Source: Zymomonas mobilis subsp. mobilis ATCC 10988
GTDB lineage: Bacteria > Pseudomonadota > Alphaproteobacteria > Sphingomonadales > Sphingomonadaceae
Direction: 5' to 3'
Length of the DNA stretch: 32,000 nt
Assembly (NCBI RefSeq): GCF_000175255.2
Contig: NC_017262.1
Coordinates: 1,140,001 to 1,172,000, forward strand
In this document: in pieces, positions 19,626 through 29,579 of the stretch
Numbering within the stretch: position 1 is the first letter of the stretch
Layout of the letters: each line of letters begins with the position of its first letter
The notes under the pieces: generated by a model
Seen by the model: only the letters and a program-made list of their open reading frames with translations
What the model was told of the DNA's origin: nothing
Database searches by the model: none
Translations under genes and position numbers: made by a program

Positions 19626-21260
19626 TTAAACCAGGCGGCTTTGTTTCAAGGCCGCTGCAACAAAATCAGAAAAGAGAGGATGCGGATCAAAAGGTTTGGA
19701 TTTTAATTCCGGATGGAATTGAACACCAATAAACCATGGATGATCTGGCCGCTCCACAATTTCAGGAAGCAATCCATCAGGCGACATACCTGAAAAGACC
19801 AGACCGCCTTTTTCCAAAGGCTCTTTATAATGAATATTGACTTCGTAACGATGACGATGCCGTTCAGTAATTTCCCGACTATTATAAATTTCGGCAACCT
19901 GACTGCCTGCTTTTAAAACGGCCGGATAGGCACCCAAACGCATCGTTCCACCAAGGTCACCATCCGCCGCACGCTCTTCGCGTTCGCCATCGCGTTCCCA
20001 TTCGGTAATCAGGCCGATAACCGGTTCTTCTGACGGACCAAATTCACTACTGGAGGCCTTTTTAAGGCCAGCGGTATTCCGCGCGCCTTCGATGCAAGCC
20101 ATCTGCATACCGAGGCAAATACCAAAGAAAGGCACTTTGTGTTCGCGAGCAAATTTGACAGCCGCAATTTTACCTTCTGATCCGCGTTCTCCGAATCCGC
20201 CCGGAACCAAAATAGCATGGAGGGAGGAAAGGGCTTCTGCGGCTTCGGGATTATTGCCTTCAAACATTTCAGCATCAAGCCAAACAATATTGACCTTTAC
20301 CCGATTGGCAATGCCACCATGAACCAAGGCTTCATGCAAAGATTTATAGGCATCCTGTAAGCCGACATATTTCCCGACAACACCAATGGTCACTTCGCCT
20401 TCTGGGTTCGCCAGACGATCGGAAATTTCTTTCCAGCGATGCAGATCAAGGGGCGTCTCAATATTGAGGCCAAAAGCTGACAAAACAGCTTTATCCAGAC
20501 CTTCTGCATGATAATGCAGCGGCACATCATAAATGCTTTTAGCATCCAAAGCCGGAATAACCGCTTCTTTCGGGACATTACAGAAAAGAGCGATTTTTGA
20601 TCTTTCGCTATCCGGCAAAGGATGTTCGGTGCGACAAACCAAAACATCGGGTTGGATACCAAAGCTGGTCAGATCACGGACACTATGCTGTGTCGGTTTG
20701 GTTTTTAACTCTCCAGCCGCTGCGATGTAAGGCACCAAGGTAAGATGCACAAAAACCACATTACCCCGACCGAGGTCATTTTTTAATTGCCGGATGGCTT
20801 CGATGAAAGGCAAGGATTCAATATCCCCGACCGTGCCACCGATTTCACATAAGACAAAATCAAGATCATCTGTATCGTCACGTGCGAAATCTTTGATCGC
20901 ATCGGTGACATGTGGGATGACCTGAACCGTTGCCCCTAAATAGTCGCCGCGCCGTTCTTTGGCGATGATATTCTGATAAATACGTCCAGAGGTGATATTA
21001 TCAGAACGACGAGAAGGTACGCCGGAAAATCTTTCGTAATGTCCAAGATCAAGATCCGTTTCAGCACCATCATCGGTGACATAAACTTCACCATGCTGAT
21101 AGGGGCTCATCGTGCCCGGATCGACATTAAGATAAGGATCGAATTTACGGATACGGACTCTAAAGCCTCGTTCCTGTAACAAAGCAGCTAAACTGGCCGC
21201 CATCAGACCTTTGCCAAGGGATGACACCACACCGCCGGTGATAAATATAAACCGCGCCAT
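19626..21260 (-). CDS. pyrG: CTP synthase
   Basis: [18 protein letters not shown]; [40 protein letters not shown]; glutaminase motif [12 protein letters not shown]. Confidence 0.98.
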   Translation of the reverse strand: MARFIFITGGVVSSLGKGLMAASLAALLQERGFRVRIRKFDPYLNVDPGTMSPYQHGEVYVTDDGAETDLDLGHYERFSGVPSRRSDNITSGRIYQNIIAKERRGDYLGATVQVIPHVTDAIKDFARDDTDDLDFVLCEIGGTVGDIESLPFIEAIRQLKNDLGRGNVVFVHLTLVPYIAAAGELKTKPTQHSVRDLTSFGIQPDVLVCRTEHPLPDSERSKIALFCNVPKEAVIPALDAKSIYDVPLHYHAEGLDKAVLSAFGLNIETPLDLHRWKEISDRLANPEGEVTIGVVGKYVGLQDAYKSLHEALVHGGIANRVKVNIVWLDAEMFEGNNPEAAEALSSLHAILVPGGFGERGSEGKIAAVKFAREHKVPFFGICLGMQMACIEGARNTAGLKKASSSEFGPSEEPVIGLITEWERDGEREERAADGDLGGTMRLGAYPAVLKAGSQVAEIYNSREITERHRHRYEVNIHYKEPLEKGGLVFSGMSPDGLLPEIVERPDHPWFIGVQFHPELKSKPFDPHPLFSDFVAAALKQSRLV

Positions 21261-21398
21261 GGGAGTAAATGCCTAAAACTGAGAGGGATAAAAAAGCAAG
21301 CGAAGAATATAAAAATTTATCGATAACGAAAAATTCATCACTGGCAGAAGCGTTAAATAACCGCTGTTGCAGCCTTTTAACTTTCTACCAGTTCAATA

Positions 21399-21827
21399 TT
21401 ATTGATGCGGAGTAGTCGCCGGTTGATCTGCCAAAGGCACCGAAGAAGGCTTCGGCTGTGCTGGTTGGGCGGGCGCTGTTTGCTGTGCTACCGGTTTATG
21501 CGCGAGTGAAGTATCAATCTGAGGCGCTGTATTCTGAACACTAGCCAAGGCGGCAAGTGCGATAGACAAAACAACAAACAAGACGGCCAGAGCCCCCGTC
21601 GCACGGGTCAAAAAATTGGCTGCCCCGCTGGCTGACATCAATCCACCCGGATTTGAGCCACCGGTTATTCCGCTGCCTTCTGACTGTTGCATCAGAATAA
21701 CAGTGACAAGCGCCGCTGCGACCAAGGCCTGAACGACTATAAGAATAGTAAACAACATCAGGAAAGTATTCTCCGGCAAAAATAATGCTGTCAGTGATGG
21801 TGCCGAATGGCCGAAAACCATCTTCAA
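21399..21827 (-). CDS. secG: Preprotein translocase subunit SecG
   Basis: LFTILIVVQALVAAALVTVILMQQSEGSGITGG.....GLMSASGAANFLTRATGALAVLF. Confidence 0.92.
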   Translation of the reverse strand: MKMVFGHSAPSLTALFLPENTFLMLFTILIVVQALVAAALVTVILMQQSEGSGITGGSNPGGLMSASGAANFLTRATGALAVLFVVLSIALAALASVQNTAPQIDTSLAHKPVAQQTAPAQPAQPKPSSVPLADQPATTPHQ

Positions 21828-22006
21828 TAAGCTGACAACACGTTAGGTCAGGCTATCCGGTTATTGAAAACGGGCTTTCTGGGATTCAGTATCCAAGACT
21901 GTCAATATAGAGACTGAAACAAGCTCTAGCGAAAGGGCGCGTTTTCTTCAACTATCCATAGCCTTCTGCCGCAGATAATTCGAGAGGCGAGGTAAACAGG
22001 TTGCGG

Positions 22007-22756
22007 CTAGGCCAAACGTCCCCCAGCTTCAATGATAGGAACAAATTGTTCTGCGGTAAGGCTGGCGCCACCGACAAGAGTTCCATTGACATCTGGAATG
22101 GCCATCAATTCTTCGGCATTTTTGCCGGTAACAGAGCCTCCATATAAGATGCGGACCTTCTTCCCTTCGCTTCCCAATAACAAGCACAAGCGGTCACGAA
22201 TCGAGGCATGCATTTCGGCAATGCTTTCAGGCGGTGGGGTATTACCCGTTCCGATAGCCCAGATGGGTTCATAGGCAACAACTAGATTATCGCTGGTGGC
22301 ATCGGGCGGAATACAGCCATCCAGCTGCGCCCCGATAATAGGCAAAGCCTGACCCGATGCGTGGGCAGCACGGGACTCGCCAATACAGACAATCGTCACA
22401 AGGCCATTGGCTATCGCCGTTGTCGTTTTTGCCCGGATCTCTTCATTGGTTTCATTCTGTTCAATACGTCTTTCGCTATGGCCAACGATGACATAACTTG
22501 CACCGACTTCACGGAGCATCGGTGCCGAAACACAGCCGGTATGCGAACCACTTTCATCATAATGGCAATCTTGCGCCCCGAAGGTCATATCGGGTTGCCG
22601 CACAATAGCGGGCGCTATCAGCGTGAAGGATGGACAAATCACAACATCAAGTTCTGGATGGTTAAAGGTTGCCTTGGCGATCCCGTCCAGTTCGTGCAAC
22701 ATGCCTAAAGAACCGTTCATTTTCCAATTGCCGGCGATGAGCTTGCGTATTGTCAT
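22007..22756 (-). CDS. tpiA: Triosephosphate isomerase
   Basis: RKLIAGNWKMNGS; VIVGHSERR; VVAYEPIWAIGTG; ILYGGSV; GTLVGGASL. Confidence 0.98.
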   Translation of the reverse strand: MTIRKLIAGNWKMNGSLGMLHELDGIAKATFNHPELDVVICPSFTLIAPAIVRQPDMTFGAQDCHYDESGSHTGCVSAPMLREVGASYVIVGHSERRIEQNETNEEIRAKTTTAIANGLVTIVCIGESRAAHASGQALPIIGAQLDGCIPPDATSDNLVVAYEPIWAIGTGNTPPPESIAEMHASIRDRLCLLLGSEGKKVRILYGGSVTGKNAEELMAIPDVNGTLVGGASLTAEQFVPIIEAGGRLA

Positions 22757-23071
22757 GAGCCTATTCCTTCATATCGCCTTATATCTACAATCATTGTCTT
22801 CTTAAAACAGGCTTATGCCGTGATGGAATAAATGAGGTAAATAAAAAACGTGCTGACAATTTCAATTTTTGTCGTCACAGTTAATAACCTTTCTAGCAAA
22901 AAGGTAATGCCTTGAATATTTTTTATCAGAAGCAACAACTATTTTTGCTAAAAAGTGGATTTCATGCGATAGAGATAGCTTCTTTAACGCCGGTCTGTTT
23001 ATCGTTGGCTTGATGCAAAGCCAAGGTCAGATTATGGCATCGTGTTTATTATAATTTTTTCGGGATATCCG

Positions 23072-25000
23072 ATGTTTGCTTTTTTTCGCCGTATGACCAA
23101 AAACGGCTTTGCTATGCTTCTTTTCGGTATCGTCATTCTCGCCTTTATTTTTACGGGGGCGTTAGGCGGTTTTAGCCGTTTTGGCGGAAGTGGAAGTAGT
23201 GATAAAGACGGAGGAACCATAGCAAAGATTGGAAAGAGGAAACTTTCCGCTTCCGAAGCCTATGATTATATCCGTCGTGACTATTTGGCTGTGCGCCAAC
23301 AAAATCCTTCTATTGATGCGATGACCTTTGTTGCCAGTGGCGGCATTGGTAAAGCCATCAGCGGATATATCGCTGCCAAATCCATGAGCGAATGGGCTAA
23401 AAATAATGGTATCGGGGTCAGCCAAAAAATGGTTGATGGTGAAATTGCCAGTATTCCGGTTTTTATCGGTGCCAATGGTAAATTTGACCAGAAGTTATTC
23501 GATGCTGTCTTAGCTCAACAGCATATGACAGCTGATCAGCTTCGCTCCGATATTGCGGAAGATATGGTGCGGCGGCAGATTTTAATCCCGATTGTTGCGG
23601 GATTAAAAACGCCTAACGCAATGGCTGAACCCTTTGCCCGTATGCTGATACAGCGCCATGAAGGCATGATTCTGGCTATCCCGACAACGGTTATGCCGCC
23701 ATCCGATAAAGCACCGGATGACAAGGCTATTGCCGATTTTTATAAATCCCATATCGAACGCTACACCTTGCCGGAACAGCGCGTTATTCGTTACGCATTA
23801 GTCAAACCGGATGAGGTTAAACCGACCGAAGTCCAGATCGCTGATTACTTTAAAAGTCATGCAAGCGAATATGCGGCAACTGAAAAGCGTGATTTAAGCC
23901 AGATTATTCTGCCCGATAAAGCAGCGGCAGAAGCTTTATTGGCCAAAATTCATGGCGGTTTGAATTTTGTCGCTGCTGCCAAAACGGTCGGATTCTCCAG
24001 CGAAGATATTCGCCTTGGCGCTTTGTCAAAAGAGCAATATTCAGAAAAAGCTTCTCCCGAAGCGGCCAATGCCGCTTTCTCTCTGGGGGATGGAGCCGTC
24101 AGTAATGTCCTCCATTCGCCTTTGGGATGGCATATTGTTCATGTTGATAAAATTGAACGCAAACCGGCGGCCACTTTGGATCAGATGCGGGGCGAAATCA
24201 CGCGCCAGCTTTCTGAAAGTCTGACTTCAAAGGCAATGACAGCCAAGATTAACCGGATTCAGGATAATATTTCTAACGGAAACGGTTTTTCCGACATTGC
24301 TCATAAAGAAAAGCTGGAGGTTGTTCAGACGGCACCGCTTCGCCGTGATGCCAGTGATGATCAAATCGTTAAAAGTCTGGTTACCCCTGCTTTTGAAAGC
24401 GGAAAAAACAGCGAGCCTTTTGTTGCAACCATTACGGCTGACAAACTCTATGCGCTTGCAATGGTCGATCATGTGATTGCACCAGCCGCACAACCGCTTG
24501 AGAAAGTTAAGAATCAGGTGGTAATGGATATTCGCCATAGTGAAATGGTCGAAAAATCTCGCAAGCTGGCTGACGATCTTTTGAAAAAAGCCAAATCGGG
24601 CGTGCCTTTTGCTCAGTTAGCTGCGCAGGCCGGTGTTAAATTACCTCCGGTAACGCCTCTGGCTTTCCGTCAGCTTGACTTAAGCCGTTTCCAGCAATCT
24701 TTACCGCCAGCAATTATCCGTTTCTTTGAGCTGAAGCCGGGTGAAGTCGCTTTGATCCCTGCGCCCGATGAAAGCGGTTGGATGCTGATGAAGATGGAAC
24801 GTCTCGTCAGCTCTGATCCTTCCAAGGAAGCCGGATTAACGGCAGCTGTTCAAAACCAGTTTCAAAATATGATGACGGGTGACATTGCAGAGCAGTTCTC
24901 GAATGCGGTTATGCAGAAATCTCCTGCTGAAATTGATCAGGCAGCGGCTGTTCAGTTAGAAAAACGCTTTCTTAGCAGCGGCGGGAGCGCAGCACAGTGA
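23072..25000 (+). CDS. ppiD: Periplasmic folding chaperone / peptidyl-prolyl isomerase, PpiD (SurA N-terminal) family
   Basis: N-terminal TM anchor (GFAMLLFGIVILAFIFTGALGGF), SurA_N-like region, parvulin-like segment (FSLGDGAVSNVLHSPLGWHIVHVD). A GTG at 23042 is an alternative start. Confidence 0.88.
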   Translation: MFAFFRRMTKNGFAMLLFGIVILAFIFTGALGGFSRFGGSGSSDKDGGTIAKIGKRKLSASEAYDYIRRDYLAVRQQNPSIDAMTFVASGGIGKAISGYIAAKSMSEWAKNNGIGVSQKMVDGEIASIPVFIGANGKFDQKLFDAVLAQQHMTADQLRSDIAEDMVRRQILIPIVAGLKTPNAMAEPFARMLIQRHEGMILAIPTTVMPPSDKAPDDKAIADFYKSHIERYTLPEQRVIRYALVKPDEVKPTEVQIADYFKSHASEYAATEKRDLSQIILPDKAAAEALLAKIHGGLNFVAAAKTVGFSSEDIRLGALSKEQYSEKASPEAANAAFSLGDGAVSNVLHSPLGWHIVHVDKIERKPAATLDQMRGEITRQLSESLTSKAMTAKINRIQDNISNGNGFSDIAHKEKLEVVQTAPLRRDASDDQIVKSLVTPAFESGKNSEPFVATITADKLYALAMVDHVIAPAAQPLEKVKNQVVMDIRHSEMVEKSRKLADDLLKKAKSGVPFAQLAAQAGVKLPPVTPLAFRQLDLSRFQQSLPPAIIRFFELKPGEVALIPAPDESGWMLMKMERLVSSDPSKEAGLTAAVQNQFQNMMTGDIAEQFSNAVMQKSPAEIDQAAAVQLEKRFLSSGGSAAQ

Positions 25001-26547
25001 AACCCAGAATAACAATCGAGAAAGAAAATAACGGACAGGACAGCGATAAAGAAGCGCTGGAAAAACTAAAGCAAGGCAAAGCAGCCTTGCTTTGGCGGAA
25101 ACGTATCACGGATATTGATACGCCTGTTGGCGTTATGCTGCGCGCGCATCAGTCAGGGCGCGGCGACTTCTTGCTAGAATCGGTTGAGGGCGGAAGCAAT
25201 CGGGGGCGCTATTCTTTTATCGGCCTTGCGCCTGATCTCGTTTTTAAAGCTGTTGGAGATAAGGCAGAAATCAACCGCAACTGGTTACAAAATCATGATG
25301 ATTTTTCTCCGGTTGAGGGCGATTCTTTATCGGCAATGCGCCAACTGGTTGCCTCTTGCCAGATGGATATTCCATCCGAGCTGCCTTCTTCTATTAGCAG
25401 TTTGGTCGGCTATTTCTCTTATGAGACGGTCGGCCTTGTCGAGAAGCTTCCAAAGCCGAAATTTGACCCTTTGAATGTGCCTGATATGCTTTTTGTCAGG
25501 CCAACGCTATTTCTGGTTTTCGATCAGGTAACTGATGCGCTTTATATGATCGCACCTGTCTGGCCAGACGGTGCAGGAAGCCCAGAAGAAAAAGTGGCCA
25601 CGGCCTTGGAGGCTATCCAGAATATCACGGATATTCTGAAGGAACCGATTCCATCCTTGCCTGCTGTCAAAGTCGATCAGCTGCCTGAAATCAAGCGGGC
25701 AATGCCTCCCAAAGCCTATGAAGATATTGTTGTTCAGGCCAAGGAATATATTAAGGCGGGCGATATTTTCCAGATCGTTCCGGCACAGCGTTTTACGGTA
25801 GATTTTCCTTTACCACCGATGGCGCTTTATCGCTCCTTGCGTCGGATCAATCCGTCTCCATTCCTCTATTTCCTTGATTTTCCGGGATTCTCTTTGGTTG
25901 GTTCCAGCCCTGAAATCTTGGTCAAGCTACAAGATGGAGAGGTCACAATCCGGCCATTGGCTGGCACCAGACCGAGAGGCCGTAACAGTTTCGAAGATCA
26001 GACCTTGCGCGAATCTTTGTTAAAAGATCCCAAGGAAAGGGCTGAACATTTAATGCTGTTAGATCTTGGTCGAAATGATGTCGGTCGGGTTTCTCAAGCG
26101 GGCAGCGTCAAGGTTACCGATTCCTTTAGTATCGAATATTACAGCCATGTGATGCATGTGGTTTCAAATGTGGTCGGTAAAATCAGGCCGGATAAAGACG
26201 CGCTTGATGCGCTTTTTGCAGGTTTCCCTGCTGGCACCGTTTCAGGCGCGCCGAAAGTTCGGGCATGTGAAATTATTGCGGAATTAGAACCCGAGACCCG
26301 TGGACCTTATTCTGGTGGCGTCGGTTATTTCTCACCTAATGGTGATATGGATAGCTGTATCGTTCTAAGAACGGCTATTTTGAAAGACGGTGTTCTGCAT
26401 ATAAAAGCGGGTGCAGGTATTGTTGCAGATAGTGATCCTGCCTCGGAACAACGGGAATGTGAAGCCAAAGCAGGCGCTTTAATCGCTGCGGCGCAAGATG
26501 CCTTTACCCAAAACGATATTCTGCTGAAACAATCAGCTAAGGCCTAA
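24997..26547 (+). CDS. trpE: Anthranilate synthase component I
   Basis: FLLESVEGGSNRGRYSFIG, GDIFQIVPAQRF, ILVKLQDGEVTIRPLAGTRPRG, HVVSNVVGKI, GTVSGAPKVRACEII. GTG start overlaps the upstream TGA. Confidence 0.96.
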   Translation: MKPRITIEKENNGQDSDKEALEKLKQGKAALLWRKRITDIDTPVGVMLRAHQSGRGDFLLESVEGGSNRGRYSFIGLAPDLVFKAVGDKAEINRNWLQNHDDFSPVEGDSLSAMRQLVASCQMDIPSELPSSISSLVGYFSYETVGLVEKLPKPKFDPLNVPDMLFVRPTLFLVFDQVTDALYMIAPVWPDGAGSPEEKVATALEAIQNITDILKEPIPSLPAVKVDQLPEIKRAMPPKAYEDIVVQAKEYIKAGDIFQIVPAQRFTVDFPLPPMALYRSLRRINPSPFLYFLDFPGFSLVGSSPEILVKLQDGEVTIRPLAGTRPRGRNSFEDQTLRESLLKDPKERAEHLMLLDLGRNDVGRVSQAGSVKVTDSFSIEYYSHVMHVVSNVVGKIRPDKDALDALFAGFPAGTVSGAPKVRACEIIAELEPETRGPYSGGVGYFSPNGDMDSCIVLRTAILKDGVLHIKAGAGIVADSDPASEQRECEAKAGALIAAAQDAFTQNDILLKQSAKA

Positions 26548-26560
26548 AAACTAAAGATAA

Positions 26561-26588
26561 AAAACGGGAATAAATTTCCCGTTTTTTA
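26561..26588. terminator. Bidirectional intrinsic terminator between trpE and the convergent 143-aa gene
   Basis: aaaacgggaa-taaa-tttcccgtttttt; its T-run contains the stop codon of the minus-strand ORF. Confidence 0.8.
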
Positions 26589-27017
26589 TTTGTAGCCGTG
26601 ATGTCGTGACAGTCTTTTCTCTGCTGTCAGAGAAGCAATCGTCTTTATTTGCTGGGCGTTATAACCGTGATGGTTCAGCTGTCTTTCCAGATGGCGATGA
26701 TCTTCTTTGCGGGCGTGGGCGAAAGCAAAAGAGCGCAGCGCTTCAAGTTTTTCATCTGCCAAATTTTTGGGCGGCTCGATACCCGTCATCCAATGCCAGA
26801 ATCGCCGAAGACCATTGGGTTTTTTGGTGGCTTTTTTATACGTTTTCCGGTGTTTTAACTTGGCTTCTCTTAACCCCAGATAGATAACATCCCATTCGAG
26901 CTGACTGAAATGTCCCGTAGCTAAGGGCGCTTTTTGATCTGTATTATGGTCGATTAGCCATTTTTCAGATGTATTTACAGCAGAGAATATCTTCTTTTTA
27001 TCGTCTTGGATTATCAT
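26586..27017 (-). CDS. Hypothetical protein (143 aa)
   Basis: Open frame with no convincing same-length competitor, flanked by a terminator; I recognise no family. Confidence 0.6.
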   Translation of the reverse strand: MIIQDDKKKIFSAVNTSEKWLIDHNTDQKAPLATGHFSQLEWDVIYLGLREAKLKHRKTYKKATKKPNGLRRFWHWMTGIEPPKNLADEKLEALRSFAFAHARKEDHRHLERQLNHHGYNAQQIKTIASLTAEKRLSRHHGYK

Positions 27018-27270
27018 AACACCCTTCTACAATCAGTATCAGCCATGCGTGACAAGAGAGTATCCGGAAGGCCGATTGAGGCTAGATTCCCTTTTATAAA
27101 GGGGGATTCCTTACCACAATATTTATCAAAAAGGTAAAATAATGCCTTTCTGCCAATCTTGCCGCATTTTATGCCAATTTTTAAGGGATAAACAGCTTTT
27201 TTCCTTGTCAATAAGGTCACCATGTTGAACAGACAGGTTCCTGTAAATGGACAAGTAAAGTGAAACGGCC

Positions 27271-28230
27271 ATGCGCCATCTGCCTGATTTTGAAGCTTGG
27301 GCTATCTTTGCCAAAGTGGCTGAATCAAATTCTTTTTCAAAGGCAGCCTTAGCTCTGGGGTTGTCAAAAGGGACGGTATCAAAAGCGATTTCCCGACTTG
27401 AAGAAAGGATGGGAACCTCTCTTCTTCATAGAACCTCCCGCCATTTATCTTTGACGGAAAGCGGGCGCGTCGCTTTGACACGTGCGACTCATTTATTGGA
27501 AGAAGGTGAAGCGATTGAAGCGGAAGTTTCTGAAGATGCCAATAATCCTTATGGTGTCGTCAGGATCGCATCGCCTATTTCTTTTGGTATTCAGGCTTTG
27601 GGACCCATTCTTCCTGAATTTCTGGCGGAATATCCTCGGGTCGGTATTGATCTTCATTTAAGCGATTCCAGAGTCGATGTTATCGCCGAAGGCTTTGATA
27701 TCGCTTTAAGAATGGGTGATCTTCCAGATTCTTCTTTGCGGGCCCGGCGTTTATTTTCAATTCGCCGACCTGTTGTGGCATCACGTGCCTATTTGGATCG
27801 TCATGGCCGCCCAACGCATCCACGCGAATTAAGCCAACATGAAGTTATTATTTATTCCCATATCGAGCATCCCCATATCTGGCGCTTTTCTCATCCAGAA
27901 GAGGGGCGGGTAGAGGTCAAGGTGGATGGCCGTGTTCATGTCGATAATGGTGATGTGGCCATGGGGCCTTTGCTGTCAGGAATCGGCATTGCTTGCCAAC
28001 CGGAATTTTTTATCTGGCAAGCGTTGAGGGATGGCGTTTTAGAAGAATTATTCCCTGAATGGACGATACCGCCTTACGGGATGTTTCTTTTGACCCCACC
28101 AGGACGGGCGCGTCCGGCAAGGGTGCGGGCATTACTTGGCTTTTTAGCCCAGCGTTTCCAGAAAGCTCCTTGGGTTGTCGGAAAAATGGAACGCCATTGG
28201 TGGAATGAATTGCATCCTCCCTTCGAGTAA
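27271..28230 (+). CDS. LysR family transcriptional regulator
   Basis: N-terminal wHTH: WAIFAKVAESNSFSKAALALGLSKGTVSKAISRLEERMGTSLLHRTSRHLSLTESG. Confidence 0.94.
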   Translation: MRHLPDFEAWAIFAKVAESNSFSKAALALGLSKGTVSKAISRLEERMGTSLLHRTSRHLSLTESGRVALTRATHLLEEGEAIEAEVSEDANNPYGVVRIASPISFGIQALGPILPEFLAEYPRVGIDLHLSDSRVDVIAEGFDIALRMGDLPDSSLRARRLFSIRRPVVASRAYLDRHGRPTHPRELSQHEVIIYSHIEHPHIWRFSHPEEGRVEVKVDGRVHVDNGDVAMGPLLSGIGIACQPEFFIWQALRDGVLEELFPEWTIPPYGMFLLTPPGRARPARVRALLGFLAQRFQKAPWVVGKMERHWWNELHPPFE

Positions 28231-28259
28231 AGGCCATAAAATATGGCCTTTCTTACTCG
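28224..28259. terminator. Hairpin between convergent LysR gene and COQ9 gene, probable shared terminator
   Basis: aaaggccata-aaa-tatggccttt, flanked by cgagt...actcg. It overlaps the LysR stop codon; T-runs are short. Confidence 0.6.
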
Positions 28260-28268
28260 ATCGGGAGG

Positions 28269-28949
28269 TTATTTGTTTGGGTAACGTAAGCGACCCAATA
28301 AGCGGGAAAATGAAAATTTGCTGTCTTCTGAACGTTTGAACCAGCTTTTAATTTTATGAACTTTCATAAAATTCCCGATCCGTCTGGCTAGAAACTGGCG
28401 GGTATTAGCGAGTTCGGGATCTTTATCATCAAGATAGACGTATAAAGTCGCCATATAAATGGCATCCAGTGATAAACGGCGGGTGTAATAGGAAAAATCA
28501 GTCGATTTATCGCCTGCCAGTTTCCAGATCAGATCAGCTGCATGCCAGCTAAGCTGGGATGAATGAGGAACATGGCTTGGCATTACCAAAATGCTTAAGG
28601 CACGCCGCAGCGCCTCACGATAGGGTTGCATGATTTCGAGGCGCGCCATAATCAAAGCCTGAATTTTGTCTCTGACCCGCATGTCATCCAATGACAGGCT
28701 TTCGACCTTTTCAATCAGAGCTTTGTCGACAGAGTCAAACCACGCATCTATCATCTGAATACGGCCGTCATGAAAGGCTAGTCTAGCTCTCTCAATCGGA
28801 ATTTTATGCTGGTAAGCGGCTAAAGCCAGAGCCTGATCGCTCCAACCATCAAAGGCTACATGTTCGGGAAGGCTTGGAGCAATGGCTTGTCTTATTTCAT
28901 CCAAGGTCATTTCATCGGGATTGCTGCCCGACGGAGAGGAATCTGTCAT
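28269..28949 (-). CDS. COQ9 family protein (ubiquinone biosynthesis)
   Basis: VAFDGWSDQALALAA, WHAADLIWKLAGDKSTDFSYYTRRLSLDAIYMATLYVYLDD are COQ9 signatures. Confidence 0.9.
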   Translation of the reverse strand: MTDSSPSGSNPDEMTLDEIRQAIAPSLPEHVAFDGWSDQALALAAYQHKIPIERARLAFHDGRIQMIDAWFDSVDKALIEKVESLSLDDMRVRDKIQALIMARLEIMQPYREALRRALSILVMPSHVPHSSQLSWHAADLIWKLAGDKSTDFSYYTRRLSLDAIYMATLYVYLDDKDPELANTRQFLARRIGNFMKVHKIKSWFKRSEDSKFSFSRLLGRLRYPNK

Positions 28950-29158
28950 AATAATCCTTCACAGCCAAGAGGATGTCTCTTTAATTGAATAAAGTGACCT
29001 TTGTAATACTGCTATTACTAGAAAAAAGGTCAACATATTAGCGGTGAATTTTAGATGAAGTTTTTCATGACAGTCAGAGTAAAATGACAGATGTTATCAG
29101 AAAGATCGGGCGGCCTGCCGTCTTTATTATAAGACAACAGGCACTATCCCTTTCAGAT

Positions 29159-29578
29159 TTAAGATAATTTTTTCTTGAGATTGAACATGGTAATAGCCGC
29201 CTTGGCTGCATCACCACCCTTGTTTTTTTGTTGAGGATCAGCGCGAACCAAGGCCTGCTGTTCATTTTCGACGGTCAAAATACCGTTACCGATCACTAAA
29301 CCATCTAAAGTCAAAGCCATAACGCCACGGGCGCTTTCTGAAGCGACGATCTCGAAATGATAGGTTTCGCCCCGAATAACCACGCCTAAAGCGACAAAGG
29401 CATCATAAAGACCGGTATCAGATGCCATAGTAATGGCTGCCGGAATTTCGAGCGCGCCCGGCACCGTAATGACTTCACATTCGTGACCAGCTTCTTCAAT
29501 GGCCTGTTTGGCACCTTGAATCAGCATATCATTCAAATGGCTATAGAAACGTGCTTCGACAATTAAGAATTTAGCCAT
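29159..29578 (-). CDS. ribH: 6,7-dimethyl-8-ribityllumazine synthase
   Basis: [51 protein letters not shown]. Confidence 0.96.
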   Translation of the reverse strand: MAKFLIVEARFYSHLNDMLIQGAKQAIEEAGHECEVITVPGALEIPAAITMASDTGLYDAFVALGVVIRGETYHFEIVASESARGVMALTLDGLVIGNGILTVENEQQALVRADPQQKNKGGDAAKAAITMFNLKKKLS

Positions 29579-29579
29579 T

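Noticed and set aside
29113-29146. Hairpin gcctg..gtctt-tattat-aagac..caggc downstream of ribH
   Set aside because: The stem is interrupted and there is no U-run on the minus strand after it, so I do not call it a terminator.
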